Of a stretch of DNA of 64,000 bases, positions 50,735 to 60,916 are shown one piece after another. A model generated the notes under the pieces. The model worked only from the letters and a program-made list of their open reading frames with translations. It had not been told where the DNA came from and ran no database searches. The translations under genes and the position numbers were made by a program. Positions within the stretch are counted from its first letter, which is position 1. Each line of letters starts with the position of its first letter. Source of the DNA: Candidatus Moanibacter sp. (GTDB lineage: Bacteria; Verrucomicrobiota; Verrucomicrobiia; Opitutales; UBA2987); NCBI GenBank assembly GCA_965215885.1, contig CBDCEW010000098.1, positions 64,001-128,000 of the forward strand, given 5' to 3'.

Positions 50735-51886
50735 TCACTTTTGCACCCGATGGCACGGTTCCTCGTTCGGATAAGTGACAAACCCACGAATTAATTGATC
50801 CGCACCCAGTACGGCGTGTTCCACCTGGTCGAGGCGAAAACCAGCACCCACTTCGAGCGGCTGTTGTCCCACGAACATAGGTAATGCTCTTTCGTCAGCA
50901 AAAAAGAGGGGCGAACGATAGCTGAAGAGATAGTCAAGTTCGCGATTTTCCAATAACGAGCTCAGCAGCCTAGATCCCCCCTCGAAATAGACGCCTTCAA
51001 TATCATTTTCAACGCATCTTCGCCGAAAATCCGTCAGAGAAACTCCTCCCTCCGCTTCAGGCAATGTCCAGCCTTTGATTCCTGATTCGCTCAACCGGCT
51101 TTTGAGCGAAGGATCCGAGGACTCTCCCGTAACAACGAATGTGTTGTCTCTGAATTCGTCCGTATACACCGAAGGGAGGGGTTCCCGGACCGTCCGCATT
51201 CGAGTGTCGAATACAAACCGGATCGGGCACCAAACCTCTCCATTTCTTCGGCTCGTAAGCCTCGGATCGTCTGCCAAAACGGTGCCTGAACCAACCGCGA
51301 TGGCTGGAAACAGTCGCCGCCAATCCATCACATCCTCTCTCGCTCTTTCACCGGTGATCCACTGAGAGCTTCCGCTGCGGGTGGCTACGCGCCCGTCCAG
51401 CGTGGTGGCAGCCTTACCTGCGAAGAGAGGCCGCTCTCTCCTAACCCGAAAATTGAATATCAGGTTCAGGTCCTCGCATTCCTTCTCAAGAACTCCACTA
51501 AGTACTTCGACCCCCTGGCGCCGTATGATTTCTACGCCCAGTCCTCTATGTTGCAAATAGGGATCGATCGCTCCGATTACGACCCGTTTTATTCCGGCTT
51601 TGATAATCGCCTCCGTGCATGGTGGGGTACGCCCCTGAGTAGAGCAGGGTTCCAGGGTAACATAGAGACAAGCTTGTGAGGATAGGGTGTTTTCAATCTG
51701 GTTGAGTGCGCGCACTTCAGCATGCGGTCCGCCGGCTTTTTCGTGGTAGCCTTCTCCCACGATCTTGTCACTGTCCACGACAACAGCTCCAACCATCGGA
51801 TTCGGATGCGTTGTGCCCCACCCTCGACGTGCCAGTTCGAGCGCACGTCGCATATATTTGATGTCTGTGGTCGAGAGAGACGCCAT
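50735..51886 (-). CDS. ribD: Riboflavin deaminase/reductase
   Basis: PNPMVG, HAE, TLEPC...PPC, EGG. Confidence 0.95.
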   Translation of the reverse strand: MASLSTTDIKYMRRALELARRGWGTTHPNPMVGAVVVDSDKIVGEGYHEKAGGPHAEVRALNQIENTLSSQACLYVTLEPCSTQGRTPPCTEAIIKAGIKRVVIGAIDPYLQHRGLGVEIIRRQGVEVLSGVLEKECEDLNLIFNFRVRRERPLFAGKAATTLDGRVATRSGSSQWITGERAREDVMDWRRLFPAIAVGSGTVLADDPRLTSRRNGEVWCPIRFVFDTRMRTVREPLPSVYTDEFRDNTFVVTGESSDPSLKSRLSESGIKGWTLPEAEGGVSLTDFRRRCVENDIEGVYFEGGSRLLSSLLENRELDYLFSYRSPLFFADERALPMFVGQQPLEVGAGFRLDQVEHAVLGADQLIRGFVTYPNEEPCHRVQK

Positions 51887-51935
51887 TTTACCTATCCCGC
51901 TTCCAACAAACTGTAAGTCGAAACATTGCTCTCTA

Positions 51936-52568
51936 CTATGCCCTCACGAACGGATTCGTTGTGCGTTCGCGCTCCACCGTAGTTTGTGGACCGTGTCCCG
52001 GGAATAACACTGTTTCTTCAGGTAGAGAGTATATTCTATCACGAATCGACTGCTCGAGGAGCGCCTGGCTACACCCCGGAAAATCTGTCCGCCCAATGCT
52101 CCCCGCAAATATCGCATCACCGGTAATAGCGAACTTCAGCTCCTCGAAATAGAATAGAATGCTGCCCGCGCTGTGCCCCGGAACGTGGCGAATTTCCATC
52201 GATTTTCCCCACACTTTTAGAATTTCGCCATCCGAGAGAAAGTGGTCCACCCTCCCAGGTAACATTTCCACTCCCGGCATGGCAAACTCGGCCATTTCGC
52301 CGGGAGCTGCGATGAGTTCGAGATCGGCTCGATGGGCATAGACAGGTACACCAAGCTCGGAGATGCGCGCCACATCAAGAATATGATCCCAGTGCCCGTG
52401 CGTGAGATAGAGAGCCTGCAACATACAACGCTCGTTCTTCAATCGGGGTTCAACGGCCTTCCAAGCCGACATTGGGGCATCGAACAAGACGGCTTCCTTT
52501 GCCTCCGAGTTAATAAGCAGGTAGGCATTGGTTCCGATGGGCGGAAGTTCAAAGATCTTTACTTCCAT
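51936..52568 (-). CDS. MBL-fold metallo-hydrolase (glyoxalase II-like)
   Basis: THGHWDH, PGHS, GRTDFPG, PGHGP. Confidence 0.9.
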   Translation of the reverse strand: MEVKIFELPPIGTNAYLLINSEAKEAVLFDAPMSAWKAVEPRLKNERCMLQALYLTHGHWDHILDVARISELGVPVYAHRADLELIAAPGEMAEFAMPGVEMLPGRVDHFLSDGEILKVWGKSMEIRHVPGHSAGSILFYFEELKFAITGDAIFAGSIGRTDFPGCSQALLEQSIRDRIYSLPEETVLFPGHGPQTTVERERTTNPFVRA

Positions 52569-52702
52569 CGAATCAAAATTGAACAGCCAGGAATCTGTAG
52601 GACTTCGTTTTCCTAACATCCCTGTGATGCAGAGAGACGACTATTACGACACTAGGCTTGCTTTTCAATAAACTATCGCCTTTAACCCGCATATCTTACC
52701 GG

Positions 52703-52790
52703 CTAGGAATCTGTCGGAATGAAATCGAGTATCTGTTCCGAAAAAAGCATAATGTCCGATCCCGGCTTGCCGGGACCAGGCCTGTTGACC
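52703..52790. mobile_element. Family B element with nested atcccggcttgccgggac palindrome
   Basis: ctaggaatctgtcggaatgaaatcgag matches the reverse complement of the 2.1 kb unit. Confidence 0.65.
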
Positions 52791-52805
52791 AAATAATCTC
52801 CATAA

Positions 52806-53873
52806 ATGAGCAACAGCTACAAAATTGCAGTAATTCCAGGCGACGGGACGGGCCCGGAGGTCACCGTCGAGGCGATCAAGGTTCTTAGGAAGGCGGGGAC
52901 TGCCTTTGATTTCGACCTGGATTTTCACGAATTCGAATTCGGAGGCGACCGCTTCTTGAAAACAGGTGAGACATTGCCCGATTCCGCCGTGGATGAGTTG
53001 GCGCGCTTCGACGCTATCCTCCTCGGTGCGATTGGTCACCCAGATGTGAAACCCGGGATCCTTGAAAAAGGGATACTCTTGAAACTGCGGTTTGAACTCG
53101 ATCAGTATATCAACCTCCGGCCTGTTAAGCTCTTCCCTGGGGTCGAGACCCCCTTGAAAGGCAAAGGGCCGAAAGAAATCGACTACGTCGTTGTGCGCGA
53201 AAATATCGGTGATCTTTACACCGGCGCCGGGGGCTTCACAATGAAGGGCACGCCACAGGAAGTTGCCATTCAGACATCGATGTATACGCGCTTTCAGGTG
53301 GATCGTTGCCTCAAATATGCCTTTGAGTACACCCGTCGGCGAAATAGGAAAGGCACGCTTGCCCTCTGCGGTAAAACAAACGTTCTTACTTACGTTTACG
53401 ATCTCTGGGAGCGTGCTTTCCATGAAATGGGAGAGAAAGATTTTTCAGACATAGCGCGGGAATACTACCATGTCGATGCCGTCTGCATGTGGATGGTGAA
53501 AAATCCCGAGTGGTTCGACGTCATCGTGACCGGGAATATGTTCGGTGACATCATCACCGATCTTGGAGCTATGACCCAGGGAGGTATGGGTATTGCAGCG
53601 GGTGGAAACATCAATCCCGAAGGCGTGAGCATGTTTGAACCTATTGGTGGCTCAGCTCCCAAATATACGGGTAAGTTAGTAATCAATCCGTTGGCTGCAA
53701 TCTGCGCCGGCACCATGATACTGGAAACCCTGGGTGAATCTGCCGCCGCCGAGGCGATTGAGAAAGCTGTAATCGACGTAACCGCGCATAAACTCAAAAG
53801 TCTTCAGGCCGGCCAAATGGGATACAACACGAATGAGGTGGGAGATCTCGTCGCGGAACGTATCGTGCCATGA
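52806..53873 (+). CDS. leuB: 3-isopropylmalate dehydrogenase
   Basis: [33 protein letters not shown]. Confidence 0.9.
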   Translation: MSNSYKIAVIPGDGTGPEVTVEAIKVLRKAGTAFDFDLDFHEFEFGGDRFLKTGETLPDSAVDELARFDAILLGAIGHPDVKPGILEKGILLKLRFELDQYINLRPVKLFPGVETPLKGKGPKEIDYVVVRENIGDLYTGAGGFTMKGTPQEVAIQTSMYTRFQVDRCLKYAFEYTRRRNRKGTLALCGKTNVLTYVYDLWERAFHEMGEKDFSDIAREYYHVDAVCMWMVKNPEWFDVIVTGNMFGDIITDLGAMTQGGMGIAAGGNINPEGVSMFEPIGGSAPKYTGKLVINPLAAICAGTMILETLGESAAAEAIEKAVIDVTAHKLKSLQAGQMGYNTNEVGDLVAERIVP

Positions 53874-56557
53874 ATTCGGTCGAGATACGGCAGTCCTTTC
53901 TGGATTTCTTCAAGTCTAAGCAGCACGCTATCGTGCCGTCCGCTCCACTATTGCCCAGTTCGCCAAACCTTCTCTTCACCAATGCCGGGATGAATCAGTT
54001 CGTCCCCTATTTTCTCGAAGAGCGTGAGCCTCCCTGGAAACGCGCCGCCGACACTCAGAAGTGTATACGGGCGGGCGGTAAACACAACGATCTTGAAGAC
54101 GTCGGGTTCGACACTTCTCACCACACTTTCTTCGAAATGCTCGGAAACTGGTCATTCGGCGACTATTTCAAGAAAGAAGCCATCGCTTGGGCCTGGGAGC
54201 TGCTGACCGAAGTTTGGGGGCTTCCCAAGAATCGACTTTACGCGACCATTTACAAGCCCGGACCGGAAGAACCGGCCGAATTTGACGAAGAGGCATGGGA
54301 GTACTGGTCGGCGATTTTCGAAAGCGAAAGCCTCGATCCCAAGGTTCATATTCAACCCTTTGGAATGAAGGATAACTTTTGGATGATGGCGGAAACAGGA
54401 CCGTGTGGGCCCAATAGCGAGATCCACATCGATTTTACTCCCGAGGCAGATACGCGCGGCAGCTTGGTCAACACGGATTCGCCCTTCTGCCTCGAGGTCT
54501 GGAATCTCGTTTTTATTCAATATAACGCTGCAGCCGATGGGACATTTTCTCCGCTTCCCTCCAAACATGTGGATACCGGACTCGGTTTCGATCGGATAGC
54601 GGGGATCTTCGCCACAACGCGAAATCTATCCGATTACTCGGCGCCTCCTTCCACCTACGACAGCGATCTGTTTACGGATACCTTCTCATCGCTCACCGAA
54701 ATGTCCGGCCATCAATACCAGCACACAATTCCGAAACCCCGTGAAAAATTGTCTGAGATCGAGATGAAGGACTGCGCCTTTCGAGTCCTTGCCGATCACA
54801 TTCGAGCGCTCTCTTGTTCTATAGCCGACGGCATCCTTCCCGGAAACGACGGCCGCCACTATGTCCTTCGCCGCATTCTGCGCCGCGCCGTCCTCTTTTC
54901 CAAACGAATCAATCTCCCGATCGGATCGTTTTCGAAGCTCGTAGATCCCTGCATTGCGAAACTGGGCGCGGTGTTTCCGGAATTGGAAGCCCAGAGAGAA
55001 GTCATCCACCGCGTAATCTCTTCCGAAGAAGAGACCTTTGAGCGGACCATCGATCGCGGGCTGCAGATGTTCGACAAAGTAGCGGCGAGGAGTAAAGGTG
55101 AGATATCCGGAAAGGATGCATTTATACTTTATGACACCTATGGATTCCCTATCGACCTTACCCAGATAATCGCCCGAGAGCGCGATCTCAAAATCGATCT
55201 CCCGGGATTTGAAGAAGAGATGGATAGACAGCGCCAACGCGCCCGCGATGCGCGGAAGAAAGTCGCCATCACAGTCTCGGAAGACGATGAATCCACTACC
55301 GAGAAGACGATCTTCACGGGATATAGCCGAGAGAATCTTGAATCTTTCAACGCTTCCGTCATCGCATCGATGCGTGATGGCAACAGTGGCTACCTCGTCT
55401 TCGATCGAACCCCCTTTTATGGTGAAATGGGTGGTCAGATAGGTGATACTGGAACCGTTGAAATCGAAGGCCGACAGTACCCGGTCAGCGATACCATCCG
55501 GGATTCCTCCGATCGCTTTCTGCACAAGATCGAAACCGACGAATTCGAGGACTTAATAGGGAAAGAAGCGATTCTCACGGTCGATCGCGAGAGGCGCCTG
55601 GGCATTCAACGGCACCACACCGCGACTCATGTTCTGCACTGGGCGCTTCGAAAAGTCCTCGGCTTCCATGTAAGACAGGCCGGCTCCCTGGTTACGGACG
55701 ACCGTTTGCGCTTCGACTTCTCGCATTTTGAACAACCGACAAAAGAGCAATTGCAGAATATTGAGACACTTGCTAATCGCCACATCCTCGAAAATTCCGA
55801 CGTTTCCTGGTACGAAGTGCCCTTCAGCGAAAAACCGGAGGATGCGATCGCTTTTTTCGGGGAAAAATACGGCGGCACTGTCAGGGTTGTGGATATTGGA
55901 GGATGGTCGCTCGAGCTATGTGGAGGCACACATGTAAGCGCAACCGGTGAATTGGGCTTGATTAAGGTCGTCCAGGAGTCGGCCATCGCCGCCGGAACCC
56001 GTCGGATTGAAGCCCTCGTCGGTGAAAGCGCCTTCAGTTTGGTGGAAAGCACTCTCGAACAGTTGTCCTCCCTCTCCCGTCAGCTATCCTGCCAACCGCG
56101 GGAAGTCGAAGGGCGCGTGGCGTCGCTTCTTCAGGGGAGGAGTGCTTTGGAGAGTGAAATCCGGGGTTTAAGCCATAAGCGATCTGCCGCCCAGGCCAGT
56201 GATTTGGCTGAAGAGGCGAAGCGTTTCGGCGATCTCCATTTTGTCGTAGCCAAGGTCAATGTGAAAGGTCCGGGGGACCTCCGTCCACTGGCCATGCAAG
56301 TGGCTGAAAAACTCAAGTCCGGCGTCGTCGTGCTCGGTTGCGCCCATCGTGACAAAGTTAACATCCTCGCCTTGTTGACCCCTGACGCCGTTTCTGCGGG
56401 ATATAACGCCGGAGAGATCATTCGAAGCCTCGCCGGCCAGTTAGGAGGACGCGGAGGGGGCAAACCCGATTTCGCGACTGGTGGCGGAGACCAGCCGGAG
56501 AAACTTGAAAGCGTACTACAGAACTATCTTGGTTCAGTCGTGGGATTTCCGGGCTAG
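53870..56557 (+). CDS. alaS: Alanine--tRNA ligase
   Basis: FTNAGMNQF, HHTATH, ELCGGTH, GGRGGGKPD. Confidence 0.97.
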   Translation: MNSVEIRQSFLDFFKSKQHAIVPSAPLLPSSPNLLFTNAGMNQFVPYFLEEREPPWKRAADTQKCIRAGGKHNDLEDVGFDTSHHTFFEMLGNWSFGDYFKKEAIAWAWELLTEVWGLPKNRLYATIYKPGPEEPAEFDEEAWEYWSAIFESESLDPKVHIQPFGMKDNFWMMAETGPCGPNSEIHIDFTPEADTRGSLVNTDSPFCLEVWNLVFIQYNAAADGTFSPLPSKHVDTGLGFDRIAGIFATTRNLSDYSAPPSTYDSDLFTDTFSSLTEMSGHQYQHTIPKPREKLSEIEMKDCAFRVLADHIRALSCSIADGILPGNDGRHYVLRRILRRAVLFSKRINLPIGSFSKLVDPCIAKLGAVFPELEAQREVIHRVISSEEETFERTIDRGLQMFDKVAARSKGEISGKDAFILYDTYGFPIDLTQIIARERDLKIDLPGFEEEMDRQRQRARDARKKVAITVSEDDESTTEKTIFTGYSRENLESFNASVIASMRDGNSGYLVFDRTPFYGEMGGQIGDTGTVEIEGRQYPVSDTIRDSSDRFLHKIETDEFEDLIGKEAILTVDRERRLGIQRHHTATHVLHWALRKVLGFHVRQAGSLVTDDRLRFDFSHFEQPTKEQLQNIETLANRHILENSDVSWYEVPFSEKPEDAIAFFGEKYGGTVRVVDIGGWSLELCGGTHVSATGELGLIKVVQESAIAAGTRRIEALVGESAFSLVESTLEQLSSLSRQLSCQPREVEGRVASLLQGRSALESEIRGLSHKRSAAQASDLAEEAKRFGDLHFVVAKVNVKGPGDLRPLAMQVAEKLKSGVVVLGCAHRDKVNILALLTPDAVSAGYNAGEIIRSLAGQLGGRGGGKPDFATGGGDQPEKLESVLQNYLGSVVGFPG

Positions 56558-56635
56558 TCCCGGCAAGCCGGGATCGAGCTTATTCGAACTCGTTTCATCA
56601 GGCTGCCAGCCCGAAACAGACAAGAGGTGTAGCAG

Positions 56636-57877
56636 GTGCAGGGTCAAATAGAGAAATTTCTTGAAGACCGTCAGACCGATATGGTCGATGTTTTGAGGCA
56701 ACTTGTACAGATCCCAACCATAAACCTGCCTGGTGAGAATTTCTGTGAGTGTGCTACGTTCTTGAATACTCGCCTCCAGGAGCTGGGTTTCTCCAGCGCC
56801 ATACACAAGGTCCCACAGCAGGAACTTCAGGCAGCGCTCCCCGATTGTGCTGATTTCCCTCGATACAATGTCTATGGACTCTGGGACGTCGGTGCGCAGA
56901 AGACTGTCCACTTCAACGCTCACTATGATGTGGTCCCCGTATCTGACGGCTGGAGATTTCCACCCTTCTCGGCAACGATTGATAAGAACGTTATCTATGG
57001 ACGCGGTACAGCGGACATGAAAGGAGCTATTGCCGCTCTCTTGCATGCCGTTAGCGCATTTATGTCGACCGGTCGGATTCCGAAGATGAATGTCGAAATC
57101 TCATTCGTTTGCGATGAGGAAATAGGCGGCGAATTGGGCTCCAACTTCGTTGTGCGGAGAGGGCTTCCAAAAGCTGACTTCGCGGTCGTCTGTGAGGGCG
57201 CCTCTCGCAATCAGGTGGGTGTTGGCCACAATGGAGTCATCTGGCTGGAAGTGCGATTTTCGGGCAGGTCGGCTCATGCCAGCCGACCCCAGGAAGGAGT
57301 CAATGCTTTTGTGCAGATGGCTGCTCTTGTCCAGGAGCTCGAAAGTTTTGCGCAGGATCGATCGGGGCACACTTTTCAACTTTCCGATGGCCGTGAGATG
57401 TCGCCCACCCTAACCCTCGGAGGCACTTTTGGCCAGGGCGGCGGTGCAAAGACGAATATCGTTCCTCGGGATGCATGGTTTACTTTGGATCGAAGGGTGC
57501 TGCCCAACGAAGACCATGAAGCGGTTGAAAGGGATCTTCGTGCCTCTATTGGTCGGATTTGCCAGTCATTTTCCAATTCGGACGTCGAGATTATCACTAT
57601 TCACTCCGCCGGTTCATTCCACACTCCTGAATCCGGCAACCTTCCAAAAGCGCTCGCTCATGCCGTCCAGTCCGTCCACCAGGGCCCTGTCCAATACCAC
57701 GTCACTCCCGGATTCACCGATGCGCGATTTTTTGGACAGGATCTTGGAGTCCCCACCGTCGGATACGGCACCGGAGGTGCGAACTTCCATGGCGTCGACG
57801 AGCACCTCGCCCTCGATGATCTCCTCGCCACGAGTAAAGTCTACGCCTCCTTTATGGCAAGAGACATTCCCTCCTAA
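56636..57877 (+). CDS. M20 metallopeptidase (ArgE/DapE family)
   Basis: NAHYDVV, GRGTADMKG, DEE, GRSAHAS, FHGVDE. Confidence 0.9.
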   Translation: MQGQIEKFLEDRQTDMVDVLRQLVQIPTINLPGENFCECATFLNTRLQELGFSSAIHKVPQQELQAALPDCADFPRYNVYGLWDVGAQKTVHFNAHYDVVPVSDGWRFPPFSATIDKNVIYGRGTADMKGAIAALLHAVSAFMSTGRIPKMNVEISFVCDEEIGGELGSNFVVRRGLPKADFAVVCEGASRNQVGVGHNGVIWLEVRFSGRSAHASRPQEGVNAFVQMAALVQELESFAQDRSGHTFQLSDGREMSPTLTLGGTFGQGGGAKTNIVPRDAWFTLDRRVLPNEDHEAVERDLRASIGRICQSFSNSDVEIITIHSAGSFHTPESGNLPKALAHAVQSVHQGPVQYHVTPGFTDARFFGQDLGVPTVGYGTGGANFHGVDEHLALDDLLATSKVYASFMARDIPS

Positions 57878-58011
57878 TCGACTCTCCTCAATCCCTTAGA
57901 CTGAACTCCCACACATAAAACCCGCTTCAATGAACACTCCCCGTCCCGGCATGCCGCGGACGGTGTATCTGACTCTTTCGCCAATAGGTCCGTAACTGCC
58001 TTTGCTCATTA

Positions 58012-58136
58012 CGAAGTTGAAACAAACGTCCCCGGAGGGGCCGTTCCACCACTAACATCCTTGCTACTGGTGGATCGGGCGCTCCGCGCACGATGACCAT
58101 ACAGTCAAGTCAGCACCCCGTCCCGGGACGGGGAAT
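58012..58136. repeat. Family C repeat, insertion-free copy
   Basis: cgaagttgaaacaaacgtcccgga...ggtggatcgggcgctccgcgcacgatga...ccccgtcccgggacgggga. Confidence 0.75.
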
Positions 58137-58152
58137 TTCCAAGTCAAAAATA

Positions 58153-58566
58153 ATGAAATTCCCATATTTAGAAAAGCACGAAGAGGAGGACTGCGTACTC
58201 GCGTTGTTTGCCAAGGCGTTCGGCCACCCGGCACGGTTGCGGATCTTGCGATATCTTTACGAAGGGGGGCCGAGTCTGTGTGGCGACATCGCGGACCAAA
58301 TACCCCTAACCTTCGGTCCCTTATCCAGGCACTTGAGAATCCTGAGAGAAACTGGAATCATACACGGCACACCGGAAGGTGTTAACATCCGTTATCGAAT
58401 CGAACCCGCCATTCGAAAGCTATTCGCAAAACAGCTCAAAGGGATAAGAAGCGCCAAAGTTGATACAGCAGCGATCAAGGAGAATACGCTCAAGATGCTG
58501 GCGGAAGCGTTACTAGCAGTCTTGGAATTTCCTTCCGACGTCCGCAGGACTTCGCAGTATCTCTGA
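58153..58566 (+). CDS. ArsR/SmtB-family regulator
   Basis: AKAFGHPARLRIL, CGDI, SRHLRILRETGII. Confidence 0.85.
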   Translation: MKFPYLEKHEEEDCVLALFAKAFGHPARLRILRYLYEGGPSLCGDIADQIPLTFGPLSRHLRILRETGIIHGTPEGVNIRYRIEPAIRKLFAKQLKGIRSAKVDTAAIKENTLKMLAEALLAVLEFPSDVRRTSQYL

Positions 58567-58625
58567 TTCAAAGATCGGGTCGGGGCGGAATCGCAATTCG
58601 CCTTGGGACGGTGCCGGGAATCTAC

Positions 58626-58889
58626 CTAGACGAAGAAATATAGAGCTTTATGGGCGAGCACTCCAATGCCAAAAGTTCCGGCGATGAGTACGATCGCACA
58701 TCCCTTCGCCTCGCTTTTAAACTTGTCCGGATACTGCTCCCGTAGCTCTGCCATCAGTTCATCGACGAAATCCTTCGCTTCCACAAGTCCAAGCCCTGTC
58801 GCCGCGCGATAGATTTTTATCGCCTCGATTTTACGGCCCGCGAGCAATGCATCCGTTATTTTTTGGGTGTCTTCTTCTGATAGTGACAT
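58626..58889 (-). CDS. Small protein with an L7/L12 C-terminal-like domain and C-terminal TM
   Basis: KIEAIKIYRAATGLGLVEAKDFVD followed by a hydrophobic tail. Confidence 0.8.
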   Translation of the reverse strand: MSLSEEDTQKITDALLAGRKIEAIKIYRAATGLGLVEAKDFVDELMAELREQYPDKFKSEAKGCAIVLIAGTFGIGVLAHKALYFFV

Positions 58890-58942
58890 CGAATAGCCTC
58901 AATCTGGAGTCAAAGGCGGCATCTCTGGTTGGGTTGTTCGCA

Positions 58943-59362
58943 TCACTCCAATCCCAGATATATCTGCAGCTCAGCCGCGAATGCCTCTTCCGCATCATTC
59001 TCGGCACCATCAGAAACGAACAGCCTCCGACAGACTTTTGCAGCTCGCTCTTTCGCTTCACTAGTCTCAAGTCTGTCGGTGATGTAGGAGAACAACTCAC
59101 TCCTCGAATCATCATTGTGTCTCGCGTCGCGAATGCGCTGGGTGGCACGTTCAAGCTAGTGCTCCGCCGTGACTGTCGATTCCCAATTAAATGAATCAAT
59201 CTCGTCTTTTATAATCTTGTCTTCTGATATCGCCAGATGGTTGTCCGCATACATCGCAAACACCAGCAGGTCGATCATTGCTTCTCTCTGTTTCTGATTG
59301 AGACGGTCGCTTCCCGCTGAAGCCTTGGAGGACCTGAATAGTAGCTCGATTGGATTCTTCAT
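58943..59362 (-). pseudogene. TerB-like protein interrupted by an in-frame TAG at 59156-59158
   Basis: AMYADNHLAISE before the stop; frame continues LERATQRIRD...VSDGAENDAEEAF to TGA at 58943. Confidence 0.7.
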
Positions 59363-59618
59363 ATATTTTACACTATGACGATTCTTCGAGTAGTGTCTAA
59401 CAATCGAATTGTCCCGCAGATTGAATCAGTCTCATGAGTTGCGCAAGCGTTTAGCCCGTATTTCTCAACGAAGTCCGATTCCAACTGAATACCGCCACCG
59501 GAACCGTGTGGTAGACGTAACTCGAGACGCCTTCGTGGAGAGACAATGACTTGCAGAAATCTCTCGTGCTGCGATTCTGATCGAATGAAATGGCCATATT
59601 CTCGACGATTTTCTTCCA

Positions 59619-60740
59619 CTAGGAATCTGTCGAACCTGGTCCCGGCATGCCGGGACCAGGTTCGACAGATTCCTCACGGGTCGTTTCTATCTGCTTTCTA
59701 AATTTTCGATAGAGGCCTCGAAACTGATGATAGGTTAATCCGAGTATATCGGCCGCCTTACCCTGGTGGTAACGGCTTTTCTCCAATGCATTTTTGAGCG
59801 CGCCCAGTTCCAACTCACCGAGCATTTCTTTCAGGCTCTTCTGACCGAGAAGGGGTGGCTCAAAGGATGCCCTCTTGTCGCGCCACTGCGCTGCATCAGA
59901 TTTCTCTTTTACACGCAGAGCCTCGTAAGGCGAGCGGAAGGGGTCGAACTCGATTTCATCCACTAAGCCCTGTCCCGACCGGAATACCGCCCTTTCCACG
60001 ACATTCTTGAGCTCCCTCACGTTACCTGGCCAGCCATAATTCTCCAAAGACTCAATTGCCCTGTCGCTGAATTCGGGCACTTCAGCTCGACCTAACTCAA
60101 GGGCCATTCTTGCGGCGAAATGCCTTGCGAGCAACATTACATCGTCGCGTCGCTCCCGCAGGGGCGGGAGAAAGAGCACTTCGAAGGAGAGCCGATCGAG
60201 CAGATCCTGTTTGAACTCTCCACGTCCCGCCAATTCGGGAAGATCGGCGTTGGTCGCTCCGATTATGCGAACGTTGACATGAATCACCTCCGAACTCCCA
60301 ACCCTCTCGAAAGCGCCATACTCCACAACACGCAGTATCTTCTGCTGCACTTCGATCGGAATCAGTCCAATCTCGTCCAGGAAGAGGGTTCCTTCATTCG
60401 CGGCCTCGAAACGACCCCTGCGTCGCTTCCCCGCCCCCGTAAACGCTCCAGTCTCATATCCAAAGAGTTCTGACTCCAGAAGGGAAGCCGTTAAGGCAGG
60501 ACAATTGAGGGCAACGAGAGGACCCTGCCACCGCTCGGAAAGATAGTGGAGGCGCGCCGCCGCCAATTCCTTTCCGGTTCCCCGCTCACCCACAAGGAGA
60601 ACAGGCCGGTCGACTTTTGCCACGCTTGATAGTTTCTCGAGAAAATGGAGGAAATTTTCCGACTGCCCGAGAGCTTCCGGCATTCCCTCGGATGCCTCTG
60701 TAGCCGCTTGTGAATAATGAGGTGTTAACTTGATTTGCAT
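59619..60740 (-). CDS. pspF: Phage shock protein sigma54 activator
   Basis: GERGTGKE, GAFTGA, WPGNVREL, LGLTYHQFRGL; no N-terminal sensor; divergent from pspA. Confidence 0.95.
   Translation of the reverse strand: MQIKLTPHYSQAATEASEGMPEALGQSENFLHFLEKLSSVAKVDRPVLLVGERGTGKELAAARLHYLSERWQGPLVALNCPALTASLLESELFGYETGAFTGAGKRRRGRFEAANEGTLFLDEIGLIPIEVQQKILRVVEYGAFERVGSSEVIHVNVRIIGATNADLPELAGRGEFKQDLLDRLSFEVLFLPPLRERRDDVMLLARHFAARMALELGRAEVPEFSDRAIESLENYGWPGNVRELKNVVERAVFRSGQGLVDEIEFDPFRSPYEALRVKEKSDAAQWRDKRASFEPPLLGQKSLKEMLGELELGALKNALEKSRYHQGKAADILGLTYHQFRGLYRKFRKQIETTREESVEPGPGMPGPGSTDS
59621..59674. repeat. Perfect 54-bp palindrome (family B ends around gtcccggcatgccgggac) inside the pspF 3' end
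   Basis: aggaatctgtcgaacctggtcccggca|tgccgggaccaggttcgacagattcct. Confidence 0.9.
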
Positions 60741-60861
60741 GGTGAAAATTACCTAATAATTGTTTTTTTAGCTAAATTATAGTTTATAGATTTCATTGCC
60801 GAAATCAAGTTTAAAGTCATAACATATTATACATTAATAAGTTATATCAAATTGTAGCGAT

Positions 60862-60877
60862 TGGCACAGGTGCTGCA
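60862..60877 (+). promoter_or_regulatory. Sigma54 -24/-12 promoter of pspA
   Basis: TGGCAC-AGGTG-CTGCA; AT-rich spacer upstream; UAS-like ggtgaaaattacc at 60741-60753. Confidence 0.85.
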
Positions 60878-60916
60878 TAATGTTCCTGTAAAATTAAACA
60901 AAACAGGAGGAGAACA

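Noticed and set aside
58626..58889. rplL call
   Set aside because: It has only a short CTD-like motif, lacks the N-terminal dimerisation domain, has a TM tail and is not beside rplJ/rpoB.
32621..59362. Genome-wide TAG reassignment
   Set aside because: TAG terminates conserved genes at expected lengths (rpmA, topB, menB, pspC), and no pyl genes are in the window.
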